From NCBI GenBank assembly GCA_900317925.1, contig ONIQ01000001.1:18300-82299 (forward strand): a stretch of 64,000 bases of DNA, read 5' to 3'. Both the position numbers and the translations under genes were made by a program. Positions 10,248 to 18,436 of the stretch are shown one piece after another. The notes beneath the pieces are model-generated. The model was not told the DNA's origin. It saw only the letters and a program-made list of their open reading frames with translations, and did no database searches. This DNA comes from an uncultured Bacteroidales bacterium (GTDB lineage: Bacteria; Bacteroidota; Bacteroidia; Bacteroidales; UBA932). The stretch's first letter is position 1, and each line of letters opens with the position of its first letter.

Positions 10248-11008
10248 TACGGACACACACACTTCCCCTTTTGATCGTGGCCCTTTTTGCCACGTATAGT
10301 TGTAAGACAAGTCCCGTCAGTCCCACCGAGGACAGCAGCCAGTTCGTCACCATCAGCGATGTCATTCCTGACGCGATTCTGGAAATTCGCTATTTCGCCA
10401 CGTACAATTTCGTCGGCAAGCGGATCGACGGCTATGAGGAGCCCACGGCCCTGCTCACCCGGCCGGCCGCTGAAGCCCTGAAGGCCGTGAGCGATGAACT
10501 CATCGAAAAAGGATACCGGCTGAAAATCTACGATGCCTACCGGCCGCAGAAAGGCGTAGATCATTTTGTACGCTGGGCTGCCGATATCGCCGACACCCTC
10601 ATGCGATCCTATTTCTATCCCGACCTGGACAAGAGCGTCCTCTTCGATCAGTTGTACATTATGGAGAAATCCGGCCACACACGCGGTTCCACCGTGGACC
10701 TGACCCTCTTCGACATGCATACGGAGAAAGAAGTGGACATGGGCGGCACCTTCGACTGGTTCGGCCCTGAAAGTCATCCCGACTTCTGCGGGAACCCCGA
10801 GACCGGCGAATACACGGGCGACAACAGCGCCAGTCCCAAAGGCCGCAGCATTACGCCGGAGCAATTTGCCAACCGCATGCTCCTGCGCGACGCGATGGTC
10901 CGCCACGGATTCAAAACCCTTGAATCCGAATGGTGGCACTTCACCCTCAAGGACGAGCCCTTCCCCGACACCTACTTTACTTTCCCGGTCAAGCAACTGA
11001 ACCATTGA
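10244..11008 (+). CDS. D-alanyl-D-alanine dipeptidase (M15, VanX/DdpX-like), lipoprotein
   Basis: IYDAYRPQ, SGHTRGSTVDLT, DMGGTFDWF, EWWHF zinc motifs; lipobox FATYSC. Confidence 0.9.
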   Translation: MIRTHTLPLLIVALFATYSCKTSPVSPTEDSSQFVTISDVIPDAILEIRYFATYNFVGKRIDGYEEPTALLTRPAAEALKAVSDELIEKGYRLKIYDAYRPQKGVDHFVRWAADIADTLMRSYFYPDLDKSVLFDQLYIMEKSGHTRGSTVDLTLFDMHTEKEVDMGGTFDWFGPESHPDFCGNPETGEYTGDNSASPKGRSITPEQFANRMLLRDAMVRHGFKTLESEWWHFTLKDEPFPDTYFTFPVKQLNH

Positions 11009-11015
11009 GAATATT

Positions 11016-12185
11016 ATGACAAAAAAAAGCCGCTGGTTGCTGCCGCTGGCAGCCGTTTTGCTCCTGCTCGCATCGTGCACGCGTGTCATGCCACGCGGGA
11101 ATTGGAACAAAGACGTGTACAAGGCGCTTTGCACCCTGATTGAAGAAAACGGCATCCGCTCGGCCGGGTACGACCCGGACTGCCGTCCCTATGCGGTGTT
11201 CGACTTCGACAACACCACCATTTTCAACGACATCACCCAGAATCTGATGCTCTATCAGATTGAGAACCTGCGCTTTGCCTATCCGCCCGAAACCGCGGCC
11301 GAAGATTTTCTGAACGGCCTGGAGGACAAGGATATCTTCCTGGAAGGTCTGGGCGCCACCACCCGCGAAGTGGGGCGTCAGCTGGCCGGTGACTATGCCA
11401 TCCTACGGGCCCGGCAGGCGGAGGGCGCCACACTGGAAGAGATTCACCAGATGCCCGAATATCTGGATTTCCGGGCGCGCTTCATCAAGTTCTACCACGA
11501 GGTGGCCACGCACTACGACTACGGAACCCTCTGCATGTGGATGCCCTGCACCCTTTCCGACATGACCTACGCCGAAGCCCGCGACCTGATTGTGGAATCC
11601 AATGACTACTGGCTGGCCCAGGACCGGTGCTGGAAAGAAACCTGGACGTCTCCGGACAGCACCCTCACCGTCGAGGTCAGCAAAGGCATGTACTACTGTC
11701 CCGAAATGAAGAACCTCCAGCGGGCCCTCCGGGACAACGGGATCGATATCTATTTCTGCTCGGCATCCATGGAACTCATCCTGGAGACCATGGCCAGCGA
11801 CCCCAAATACGGCATCTGCCTGGATACCGCCAACGTGTTTGCCCTTCGTTTCGGCGGTGGTGACACCGTCCGGCCGATTTGGAAACCGGGGTACCCGCGT
11901 CCCTACCTGGATGGAAAGACAGAGCTGATCCGCGAGCTCATCGCTCCCGCCCATGGGGGAAAATCGCCCATCCTGATTGCCGGAGACAGCGTGGGAGACT
12001 ATGCTATGCTCACCCAGTTCTCCGATCTCCAGCACGGGCTTATCATTGACTGCGGCAACAAAGGAGAAATCCGCACCCTCGTTGAAAAGGCGCACGCCGA
12101 AGGCAACAAAGGCCGTTATCTGGCGCAACCGCGCGATTTTGAAGGGCGGAAATACCTACGAAACAAGGGCGAAAATCCGTTGTAG
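11016..12185 (+). CDS. HAD-superfamily hydrolase lipoprotein
   Basis: Lipobox LLASC; motif I FDFDNT, SAS, GK, AGDSVGD. Confidence 0.82.
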   Translation: MTKKSRWLLPLAAVLLLLASCTRVMPRGNWNKDVYKALCTLIEENGIRSAGYDPDCRPYAVFDFDNTTIFNDITQNLMLYQIENLRFAYPPETAAEDFLNGLEDKDIFLEGLGATTREVGRQLAGDYAILRARQAEGATLEEIHQMPEYLDFRARFIKFYHEVATHYDYGTLCMWMPCTLSDMTYAEARDLIVESNDYWLAQDRCWKETWTSPDSTLTVEVSKGMYYCPEMKNLQRALRDNGIDIYFCSASMELILETMASDPKYGICLDTANVFALRFGGGDTVRPIWKPGYPRPYLDGKTELIRELIAPAHGGKSPILIAGDSVGDYAMLTQFSDLQHGLIIDCGNKGEIRTLVEKAHAEGNKGRYLAQPRDFEGRKYLRNKGENPL

Positions 12186-12914
12186 CGAGGCCGGATCGCC
12201 GGAAGAAAGCAGTTCGATGTCGGGGTGCGCAAGCGCTCCGGCATCTTTTTGATACGGAATTCCCTCCCGTTCCAGCACGTTTACCACCTGCCGGGCAACA
12301 GCGGGCGCCGGATCGATAATCCGCACTTCCGGACCCGCAATACGGCGGATGGGCGCCATCAGGAAAGGATAGTGGGTGCATCCCAGAACGATGATATCGG
12401 CCCCTGCATCCAGCAGCGGCCGCAAACTGCGTTCTACCACCGCCTCGGCCTCAGGGCCGTCCAGCACACCGTTTTCCACCAATTCAACGAAGCCCTCCCC
12501 TACGTGCTCAACAATGGTTACATCGTCCTGGAAACGGCCCTTGGTGTCAAGATACTTCGATGCCCGGAGCGTCCCGGCAGTGGCCAGCACGCCGATTACC
12601 CCGCTTTTCGTGCCCAGGGCTGCCGGTTTTACGGCAGGTTCCATGCCGATAAAAGGAATCGGAAATTCCTCCCGCAGTTGCTTGATGGCGGCGCCGGTGG
12701 CCGTATTGCAGGCCACGACGATGAGGTTGCAGCCTTTCGCCATCAACAGACGGGTGATCTCGCGGGCGCGGTCCTGGATATATGCAGCCGTCTTCTCGCC
12801 ATAGGGACAGTGGGCGTTGTCCGAATAATAGACATATCGTTCTCCGGGAAGCAGTTTCACCACCTCCCGTAAGACGGACAAACCGCCCGAACCAGAGTCA
12901 AACATTCCAATCAT
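12156..12914 (-). CDS. murI: Glutamate racemase
   Basis: MIGMFDSGSGGLSV, PYGEK, VVACNTAT, VLGCTHY; start placed at 12914. Confidence 0.96.
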   Translation of the reverse strand: MIGMFDSGSGGLSVLREVVKLLPGERYVYYSDNAHCPYGEKTAAYIQDRAREITRLLMAKGCNLIVVACNTATGAAIKQLREEFPIPFIGMEPAVKPAALGTKSGVIGVLATAGTLRASKYLDTKGRFQDDVTIVEHVGEGFVELVENGVLDGPEAEAVVERSLRPLLDAGADIIVLGCTHYPFLMAPIRRIAGPEVRIIDPAPAVARQVVNVLEREGIPYQKDAGALAHPDIELLSSGDPASLQRIFALVS

Positions 12915-12924
12915 ATGTACAAAC

Positions 12925-14295
12925 TCAAAAAGTGGATTCCAGATTCCCATTCGCTTCTATACAGAAGACGGCATAGAGAGGAACAGCCTTGATGCCATTT
13001 GCGAACCCGAAATTCTTTCCGGAGATTCTGTAGGCGAAAGGGCAGTTGTAGGTCTTTTTAAAATTGTTCAGGCTGATAGCATCCACCTTCTTACCCTTTT
13101 TAACTTCCACCGGTATCACGTTCATCCCGTCCTGCAGGATGAATTCAACTTCCTGTGTATTGTCGTTCTTCCAATAACGGAGTGCTATGCCATTGGCTGC
13201 AAGCGCCTGTCCCACATAGTTTTCAGCGACAGACCCGAGGAAGGTATTGTCTGTTTCTATAGCGCTGAGCAGCATCTGAACCGGCATCTGCGTCTTGGTA
13301 TTCAGAAGTCCCACGTCGGACATATAAATCTTAAAGTCGCTGTCATCCTCCTGCGCAGAGATGGGGATGAAGCCGTGTGTAATCAGTTTGCACTTATGCA
13401 CGGTGCCGGCAAGGATGAGCCACTCAATGGCTTCTCCGAATATTTTGGCCGTACCGCCTTTCATGGCCAGCTTATATTGGAATTTACGGTTTTCCTTGGC
13501 AAGTTGGGCCGGAATGCTATTAAAACAGGCCCTTATCTTCACGGTTGTTGCGGGTTTGGCATATTTGGCCATATCGGCATTGTAGCCAACCAAAATAGAC
13601 TGCTGAACGGTCCTGCATTCCAGATAGCTGTGTGTGTCCACCCATTTCTGCACGCTCTCGGGCATACCTCCTATGACCAAATACTTTTGATAAAGATCCA
13701 ACGCCAGAGAATGCACCGACGCAGGCATCGCTTCGTTGGCCTCATAGTGGGAACGAATCTCCTGCGAGAGAATGTCATTGCCCGTCGCCCAAAGAAACTC
13801 CTCAAAATCCATGGGAAACAGGTTCAGTTCATCCACCATGCCAACGGGGTATGAGAATTCGTCATCATCCTTTTTGTCTGTCTTTTCATCCTCGTTAGGT
13901 TTGTTCCCCTGGTTCACAGCTACGCCCAGAAGGCTTCCTGCCGCAACAATATCATATTGAGGATAATCCTCTTTGAAGTATTTCAAAGCAAGCAGAGCTC
14001 TTTTACAATCCTGAATCTCATCCAATATGACCAGCGTTTCGTGGGGCAGGATGCGCTGATTGTACAAGGATTCCAGATAGGCAATAATCTCGATTGGGTT
14101 GATATTATCTTTGAGGAAATTGGTCACATCCGTTACCAAGTCCAGACTTACCTTGATATAATTCTTGTAATGATTGCGACCGAACTCCTCCAGGATGTAG
14201 GTCTTGCCCACCTGCCGGGCTCCCTGGAGGATGAGCGGCTTATGGTCTGGCCTGTTTTTCCATTCTGTCAGCTTCTGGGTCAGTTTTCTTTTCAT
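12925..14295 (-). CDS. AAA+ ATPase with DUF4143 C-terminal domain
   Basis: GARQVGKT, LDEIQ, AAGSLLG, PMDFEEFL, IGGMPE, KIYMSDVGLL, EVEFI...PVEVK. Confidence 0.88.
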   Translation of the reverse strand: MKRKLTQKLTEWKNRPDHKPLILQGARQVGKTYILEEFGRNHYKNYIKVSLDLVTDVTNFLKDNINPIEIIAYLESLYNQRILPHETLVILDEIQDCKRALLALKYFKEDYPQYDIVAAGSLLGVAVNQGNKPNEDEKTDKKDDDEFSYPVGMVDELNLFPMDFEEFLWATGNDILSQEIRSHYEANEAMPASVHSLALDLYQKYLVIGGMPESVQKWVDTHSYLECRTVQQSILVGYNADMAKYAKPATTVKIRACFNSIPAQLAKENRKFQYKLAMKGGTAKIFGEAIEWLILAGTVHKCKLITHGFIPISAQEDDSDFKIYMSDVGLLNTKTQMPVQMLLSAIETDNTFLGSVAENYVGQALAANGIALRYWKNDNTQEVEFILQDGMNVIPVEVKKGKKVDAISLNNFKKTYNCPFAYRISGKNFGFANGIKAVPLYAVFCIEANGNLESTF

Positions 14296-14321
14296 TGCAT
14301 TTCCCGACTAGTATTCAAGGG

Positions 14322-14329
14322 CAAATATA
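14322..14329 (-). promoter_or_regulatory. -7 promoter box for the AAA ATPase gene
   Basis: CAAATATA = TATATTTG on minus. Confidence 0.6.
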
Positions 14330-14332
14330 ATC

Positions 14333-14379
14333 AAAAACTGTGAAAAAATCACTTAGATTTTGATTTTTTCATAGTTTTT
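14333..14379. repeat. 19-bp inverted repeat, 9-nt spacer (operator candidate)
   Basis: AAAAACTGTGAAAAAATCA / TGATTTTTTCATAGTTTTT, one mismatch. Confidence 0.8.
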
Positions 14380-14491
14380 CGATTTTTACCTGCAGATGGG
14401 AAAAAGAAATCAGTTCCTAAGGTAAGTAGGGCCTTGACGAGGCCGGGGACCGCGTGAGAATATGGTAATTATTCCACTTGGAGCAAAGTTT

Positions 14492-14522
14492 ACAGGAGAT
14501 CATTCGGTCTCCTGTTTTATTT
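14492..14522. terminator. Probable terminator hairpin at the stop of gene remnant B
   Basis: ACAGGAGA-TCATTCGG-TCTCCTGT followed by T-rich tract. Confidence 0.55.
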
Positions 14523-14634
14523 TTCCGGTATCTATAGCCGTAATACAGTACTGAACCTTGGACTTGTCACTGCGTTTTACACCCACTGTCATTTTTACGC
14601 GACCCACCCCCGGATGAATGCGAATCGTTTTGTA
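14500..14634 (-). pseudogene. Gene remnant B (C-terminal fragment, paralog of remnant A)
   Basis: YKTIRIHPGVGRVKMTVGVKRSDKSKVQYCITAIDTGKIKQETE*; 24/29 aa identical to 16388-16474. Confidence 0.65.
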
Positions 14635-14646
14635 TTAAATCAACTA

Positions 14647-15432
14647 TTACTCTGGAACAGCCACATTATGCTTTTGCATAAAGGCTTCTTTTACCTCCTT
14701 AGGAAACACTTGAGGACCAGCAGCACCACCACCAAACATAAACACAACTCTGTCATTATATGGAATGAAATGCAAGTCAGATAATGCCTCTTGTCTCTGT
14801 TCTTCGTTCATGGGATAATAGAATACTCTATAGGAATATATCCCCATACCTACCCGCTTATAACCAATTTCACAACACTCAGGTGATCTAGTATCGATTG
14901 ATATGCACCGGACACGCTTCAGTTCTTTCTTTATGAATTGAAACTCGTCCTCATCCAAGCCCACTTCAGCCATAAGACTCGTCCTTAACGAATCAGCATC
15001 ACCCCAGTGACATTTGGATGTAGTATGGAACATCGACACTTTTCCATGTTCGAATTCAAGGCGCATCGTCTGACCATCATCCAACGCTGATTGCGCGAAG
15101 GTAACAAGTTCCTCAATTTTGGGCCCTTTTTTATTATAATGGTCAGCCATCGAATCAGGACTACACCTATACATAGGTATCCTTACCACAAAAAACATAA
15201 CAAACGCCAAGACGATAGTCCCAGAGAACACAACAACCGCCTTCTTATGTGTACCACCTATCTTGAAACTATGTATCAGTGCTATTATTGCAATAATTGG
15301 CATGGGTAGCAATAACCACCAAACCATAAATAGACGCCATATGCCTAACCACGGGTCAACATATAAAATGAGTAAAGCAATGGCAATAACTATCAAAGGT
15401 ATGTAATGCCATAAATATTGAATCTTTTTCAT
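14647..15432 (-). CDS. Hypothetical membrane protein (about 3 N-terminal TM helices plus soluble domain)
   Basis: 261 aa ORF in AT-rich DNA; three hydrophobic segments in the first ~85 aa. Confidence 0.75.
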   Translation of the reverse strand: MKKIQYLWHYIPLIVIAIALLILYVDPWLGIWRLFMVWWLLLPMPIIAIIALIHSFKIGGTHKKAVVVFSGTIVLAFVMFFVVRIPMYRCSPDSMADHYNKKGPKIEELVTFAQSALDDGQTMRLEFEHGKVSMFHTTSKCHWGDADSLRTSLMAEVGLDEDEFQFIKKELKRVRCISIDTRSPECCEIGYKRVGMGIYSYRVFYYPMNEEQRQEALSDLHFIPYNDRVVFMFGGGAAGPQVFPKEVKEAFMQKHNVAVPE

Positions 15433-15460
15433 AACTGAAAGAACAACTGATTATCTAGCG

Positions 15461-15697
15461 TTAAACAAATATCTTTCGAGAAGATGTCATAATGATGCCC
15501 TTGCGAATAATGCACTTGTTATTGCGGAAAGGCTTGTCCTCGCTGATTCCATAGTTACGGAGGTAGGCATATCCGACACCCAGAGCGTCTTTGTCCCAGT
15601 GGTCACATAAGGCTTTCAGATTTCCGTAGTAATAATGCTGACCGTCCACCTCTAAATGAACGACCATCCTTTCTTGTTTCCCGTTGATTTCTGCCAT
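15461..15697 (-). CDS. Small hypothetical protein (78 aa), divergent from recombinase remnant
   Basis: MAEINGKQERMVVHLEVDGQHYYYGNLKAL...KPFRNNKCIIRKG; TATCTTTG box at 15719-15726 (-). Confidence 0.65.
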   Translation of the reverse strand: MAEINGKQERMVVHLEVDGQHYYYGNLKALCDHWDKDALGVGYAYLRNYGISEDKPFRNNKCIIRKGIIMTSSRKIFV

Positions 15698-15817
15698 CGT
15701 TAATTCATGAAGTAACGGCAAAGATAAGTAAAAAAGTTGCAAAGATTAAAAATAACCTACAAAACACTTGCATATATTAAATGTTTGCATTAGGTTTGTG
15801 TAGTAAAAGATTTAGGT

Positions 15818-15967
15818 ATGGACAAGGTAGTAATACTAGCTCGTGTGAGCGCTGACAAGTAAGAAGACCAAAGGCAGGTTAATGAACTGACGGACTATTG
15901 TAGCCGCGTAGGTTGGAGCGTTGAGGTTGCGTTTTGTAACAAAATCAGCCGTCTCGAAAAGAATTAG
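15818..15967 (+). pseudogene. Serine recombinase (resolvase/invertase) N-terminal remnant
   Basis: MDKVVILARVSADK*EDQRQVNELTDYCSRVGWSVEVAFCNKISRLEKN*; RVS motif, TAA at 15860; TAGGTTTG box at 15791. Confidence 0.82.
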
Positions 15968-16068
15968 TCGATTATTTCACTTGGGGGTCACCAATCCTTT
16001 TACACCAACTTGCAAAGAATTGCTCCTTCACAAGCTTTCGCGTATCTTTGTAGAAATAGAATTGTGCT

Positions 16069-16390
16069 ATGAGTAGCAATACGCCAAATACTGGAGAGAT
16101 CCTCCTATACCAGACTGCCGACGGCCTTGCCTAGATTGAAGTCACCTTGGTAAACGAGACCGTATGGCTCACGATAGACCAGATGGCTACGCTTTTCCAG
16201 CGTAATTAATCCACCATCTCCCGGCACATCAGGGACGCTTTTGAATGCGGTGAACTGAATCCGGATTCAACAGTTGCATTTTTTGCAACAGTTCAAAAAG
16301 AAGGTGAACGCAATGTGAGCCGCGACATACAGTACTATAACCTAGATATGATTATCAGCGTGGGCTACCGCGTACACAGTCTCCGTGGGT
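16069..16390 (+). pseudogene. RhuM-family protein remnant
   Basis: GEILLYQTADGLA*IEV...ETVWLTIDQMATLFQRN*STISRHI...YYNLDMIISVGYRVHSLRG; TAG 16132, TAA 16207; truncated; TATCTTTG box at 16043. Confidence 0.88.
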
Positions 16391-16600
16391 ATCAATAGCA
16401 GTGATACAATACTGGACTTTCGTCTTATCGCTTTGTTTAACGCCAACCATCATTTTGACCAAACCAATTCCCGGGCAATTGTATGACATTCGTAACATAC
16501 TCTTAAAACCTTTCTGGTTTTTCTTTTTCGGATTTGCCGGCGTAGTTTCCACTACATTATGCCACTCTGCTGCTTTTTTGCAATCACATCCGTTTTCTGC
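16388..16600 (-). pseudogene. Gene remnant A (paralog of remnant B)
   Basis: Open frame ...AAEWHNVVETTPANPKKKNQKGFKSMLRMSYNCPGIGLVKMMVGVKQSDKTKVQYCITAIDT, abutting the RhuM remnant. Confidence 0.65.
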
Positions 16601-16671
16601 TTAGGGCGGCGAGAATGAAATATCTCCTAAGGATTTTGGCTTATTATTTGCAGAGGTAATGGACATATCTG

Positions 16672-18255
16672 ATGAATCATAATCCTCATATCAAGTGCTT
16701 GCCCGGGAGGCTTTTCTTTCCGGGCATAGCATTTTTGATGGGCATTTGCTTGACGCTCTCCTGCAAGCAGCATGGCCAGCAAGTGCAAATGAACGAATCG
16801 GCTTTTGTATTTGGGACGGAGTATATCGACGGGGATGCGGCCGATTATTCCCGCCCGGCGGTGATTACGGGGCATATTTCCCACCGGGAAGTTTATCCGA
16901 ATACCACGGTAATCAACATCGAGATTCCGTTTTATGACCGGGTTTCGGAGAAACAGACATCGGCCATCTATGAAGATGCCTTTGCGTTTTCGTTTGTGCC
17001 TTACGCGCCGAGGACCATCTCGATGCCGCCTTATATTGACCATCTGGTGGTATGTCCCGGCGATTCTATCCACGTGGAGCTGGACTTTGCCGATTTGGCG
17101 AAAGTCGTTTACTCCGGGAAAGGTGCAGAGAACAACGAGAAGTACAATGATTTCCATATGGGGTACTACCTGCCCCAGGATTGGCCGGGGTTCTCCAGGA
17201 TGGATCTAGACGCGCCGGACGGGCCAAAGCGTGAATTTGCACATGCCGATGTATTTGCGACGGCCGCAAAGGAAAAGATGGAGCACCACCTGGCCCGGTT
17301 GGACGATTTTATTGCGGAGAAGCAGCCCAGTCCGGAACTCATTGCCCTGTGCCGGAAGGAGATAGAAGCCGATTATTATTCGGCGCTCATCCAGGCCATG
17401 CTTTCCTATCAGACCCTGCAGGGAGAGGATGTGTCGGATTGCTTCAAGATCCAAGATGCGGAACCCCTGTTCCATGCGGACTGCCTGAGCAGCAATTTGT
17501 TTGAACTTTCATCCAATATCTGTTACTGGCTGCTGCACGGTCTGGACAAGGAAGAAGTCCTCCAATTCGTCAATGATTATCCGGCCCTTGTTGACTTCCT
17601 GAAAAAGTCCACCAAGAACGAACTGCTGCAGCAGATGCTCATCAGCCACTTCTACAACCAGCTGCTGGAGGCCAATGACGTGACCACGTTCGAGGAGTAC
17701 TTTGACAGTTTCAATGAGAATGTGACCTATCCGCTGCTGAAGCTCTCCATTCGGGACCGGTATGTGCTCAAGAAGGCCTATCAGGAGAATCCCAAGACCT
17801 TGTCTGACGCTATTTTGAAGGCCGACCAGCCCCGTGACGGCCAGGCTATCGTCCTGAAGGAGAATGAGGGGCTTAAGTTGCTGCGGTCCATCATTGCCAA
17901 GGAAGAGGGAAAGGTTGTGTATATCACCATTGGGGCCACCTGGTGCCCCGGGGTGATGCATGAGATATCCTTCCAAAAGAGTATGTCCGCCGGCTATCAT
18001 GGAAAGCCGCTCCGCATAGTCAATTTCTACATGGACGATGGGTCCGATGATCCGGAATCTGCTTTGCTGGGGATTGAGACTTTCCATCTTACCGATGCCC
18101 AGCGCTCCGGCCTTGACCCTATCTTACATCTGGGCCGGGGAATCCCGTTCTATATCTTGATTGACAAAGAGGGGGTGATTGTGGATTTTGGGGAGCATTT
18201 GAGGCCGTCGGTTCCGGAGACGAAGGAGAAGATTGATGAGCATATTGAAGAATAA
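16672..18255 (+). CDS. Large lipoprotein with C-terminal TlpA/thioredoxin-like domain
   Basis: Lipobox CLTLSC; C-terminal GKVVYITIGATWCPG...GIPFYILIDKEGVIV. Confidence 0.72.
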   Translation: MNHNPHIKCLPGRLFFPGIAFLMGICLTLSCKQHGQQVQMNESAFVFGTEYIDGDAADYSRPAVITGHISHREVYPNTTVINIEIPFYDRVSEKQTSAIYEDAFAFSFVPYAPRTISMPPYIDHLVVCPGDSIHVELDFADLAKVVYSGKGAENNEKYNDFHMGYYLPQDWPGFSRMDLDAPDGPKREFAHADVFATAAKEKMEHHLARLDDFIAEKQPSPELIALCRKEIEADYYSALIQAMLSYQTLQGEDVSDCFKIQDAEPLFHADCLSSNLFELSSNICYWLLHGLDKEEVLQFVNDYPALVDFLKKSTKNELLQQMLISHFYNQLLEANDVTTFEEYFDSFNENVTYPLLKLSIRDRYVLKKAYQENPKTLSDAILKADQPRDGQAIVLKENEGLKLLRSIIAKEEGKVVYITIGATWCPGVMHEISFQKSMSAGYHGKPLRIVNFYMDDGSDDPESALLGIETFHLTDAQRSGLDPILHLGRGIPFYILIDKEGVIVDFGEHLRPSVPETKEKIDEHIEE

Positions 18256-18276
18256 TCGGCGGCTTCTGCCGCCAGA

Positions 18277-18306
18277 GTAGGGGCGATGCGCAGCATCGCA
18301 TTCCCC
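18277..18306 (+). repeat. GTAG-type REP-like hairpin (single copy seen)
   Basis: GTAG-GG-GCGATGC-GCA-GCATCGC-ATTCCCC. Confidence 0.3.
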
Positions 18307-18316
18307 GGAGGGATGC

Positions 18317-18346
18317 AAAAAAGACAGGCGCTTGCCTGTCTTTTTT
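18317..18346. terminator. Bidirectional intrinsic terminator between TlpA-like gene and tRNA-Arg
   Basis: AAAAAAGACAGGC-GCTT-GCCTGTCTTTTTT perfect stem. Confidence 0.88.
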
Positions 18347-18347
18347 G

Positions 18348-18419
18348 TAGCCCCACGAGGAATCGAACCTCGATTTAAAGTTTAGGAAACTTCCGTTCTA
18401 TCCGTTGAACTATGAGGCC
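18348..18419 (-). tRNA. tRNA-Arg(CCT)
   Basis: GGCCTCATAGTTCAACGGATAGAACGGAAGTTTCCTAAACTTTAAATCGAGGTTCGATTCCTCGTGGGGCTA cloverleaf, anticodon CCT, CCA not encoded. Confidence 0.96.
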
Positions 18420-18436
18420 AGTTCCTTTAGAAAAGG

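Larger units (their letters stand above)
12925..18306. mobile_element. Decayed accessory island beside the tRNA-Arg 3' end
   Basis: AT-richer than flanks by eye; recombinase and RhuM pseudogenes, orphans, duplicated gene end; no att repeat or intact integrase found. Confidence 0.55.

Noticed and set aside
10244-11008. VanX-like gene as vancomycin resistance locus
   Set aside because: No vanA/B ligase, vanH or vanRS nearby; lone M15 dipeptidases are common.
12925-12960. Possible read-through tail (IEANGNLESTF) marking the island's left junction
   Set aside because: DUF4143 C-termini vary in length and no att sequence is visible; not testable by eye.
15818-16390. In-frame TAA/TAG codons as possible stop-codon recoding
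   Set aside because: Two of three stops are TAA, both genes are also truncated, and no suppressor tRNA is seen; ordinary decay fits better.
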